64,000 nucleotides of DNA from Podarcis pityusensis (taxonomy: Eukaryota), in assembly GCA_964106645.2 (NCBI GenBank), contig OZ067041.1; one strand, 5' to 3'. A program made the translations under genes and the position numbers. Below are positions 63,139-64,000 of the stretch, one piece after another (the first letter of the stretch is position 1; each line of letters opens with the position of its first letter). A model generated the notes under the pieces. It was not told the DNA's origin. It saw only the letters and a program-made list of their open reading frames with translations, and made no database searches.

Positions 63139-63577
63139 ATAATATGGTGGTGGAAAACATTTTTTGGGACGGGTCAAAAGCTACATTCCCTTAAGGATAG
63201 TCAGTTAGAAGAGCAAAGGTCAGTGATGAGGAACACAATTCTTTTCTGTCTTCCCACTTGTTTTCTCGCCGTCCAGTGTGCCAGACAAGAGAAAGAACAG
63301 ATCACTCTTGCTAAATCTCTGCACTGATCACTTGCAAGGGGCTTTCTCCCTTGGTTCTTCCATGTGCTGGTTTCCCATTTATCCCTCTGGGCTCCCCATG
63401 CCTCCACTGCAGAATAATGGAACGCAGTCAGTCCTGTTTATAATATACACACACGCACAGTCTGATAATGTAGCTTTCTTTGTTAATGACAACCATGACC
63501 TCATAATTTGGCAAAAGATGTAGATGTAAAATACTGGATGGAATCATAGAATTGTACAGTTGGAAGGGGCTATCAGA

Positions 63578-64000
63578 GTCCCGCTATCTCCCACAGAGAG
63601 CCTCAAGGTCCATAAATAGCAACACCCTAGTGGTCCCGGGCCCTAAGGAAGTTAGATTGGCTCCAACCAGAGCCAGGGCCTTTTCAACTCTGGCTCCGGC
63701 CTGGTGGAACGCTCTGCCTCATGAGACCAGGGCCCTGCGGGATCTGATTTCTTTCCGCAGGGCCTGTAAGACAGAGTTGTTCCACCTGGCCTTTGGCTTG
63801 GAGCCAATTTGATTCCCTCCCCCTCTTTCTTTTTCCTTTCTCCTCCTGTGATGAGGCTGCATTTTAATATTTTAATGTTGTATTTTAATCTTGTCTTTAA
63901 GTTGTATTCATTCAACTTGTTTTTATTATTGCTTGTAAGCCGCTCTGAGCCCGGCCTTGGCTGGGGAGGGCGGGGTATAAATAAAAATTATTATTATTAT
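63578..64000 (+). mobile_element. L2 LINE, 5'-truncated
   Basis: TRARAFSTLAPAWWNALPHETRALRDLISFRRACKTELFHLAFG, followed by 3'UTR and (TTA)n tail. Confidence 0.92.

Larger units (their letters stand above)
38136..64000 (+). other. CARS2: CARS2 gene, exons 1-12; remaining exons lie beyond the window
   Basis: Twelve GT-AG exons join in frame (1407 nt, 469 codons); class I synthetase HLGH and KMSKS motifs; Arg-rich N-terminal targeting peptide. Confidence 0.92.

Noticed and set aside
60066-64000. Search for CARS2 exon 13
   Set aside because: No segment encoding the expected continuation was found; the gene most likely continues beyond the window and is not a pseudogene.

Overview
Vertebrate genomic DNA, not prokaryotic. 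The repeat content (Sauria/Squam1 SINEs, Squam2/3-like SINEs, CR1, L2, L1, Tc1/mariner and hAT MITEs) points to a squamate, most likely a lacertid lizard. The window holds three genes in the arrangement known from human 13q34: (1) the last three coding exons and 3'UTR of ANKRD10 (+; 4523-9653); (2) the complete two-exon ING1 CDS (-; join 32299-32164, 27355-26652; 279 aa, PHD finger), convergent with ANKRD10; (3) coding exons 1-12 of mitochondrial cysteinyl-tRNA synthetase CARS2 (+; 38136-60065, 469 codons, continues past the window), head-to-head with ING1 across CpG-island promoters. All exon phases were checked by hand and join in frame. An assembly gap lies at 75-310. I see no clearly new multi-gene system. 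The best leads are in RNA processing: alternative ANKRD10 C-termini from intron-5 read-through, a candidate poison exon in ANKRD10 intron 3, a splice donor overlapping the ING1 stop codon that is in frame with a well-bounded exon 1.5 kb downstream, a 32-nt micro-exon and a seven-CCAAT/TATA-Inr internal promoter in ING1 intron 1, a 35-bp-stem hairpin between ING1 and CARS2, and an internally deleted L1 with target-site duplications. Comparisons with human and mouse proteins are from memory and need database confirmation.
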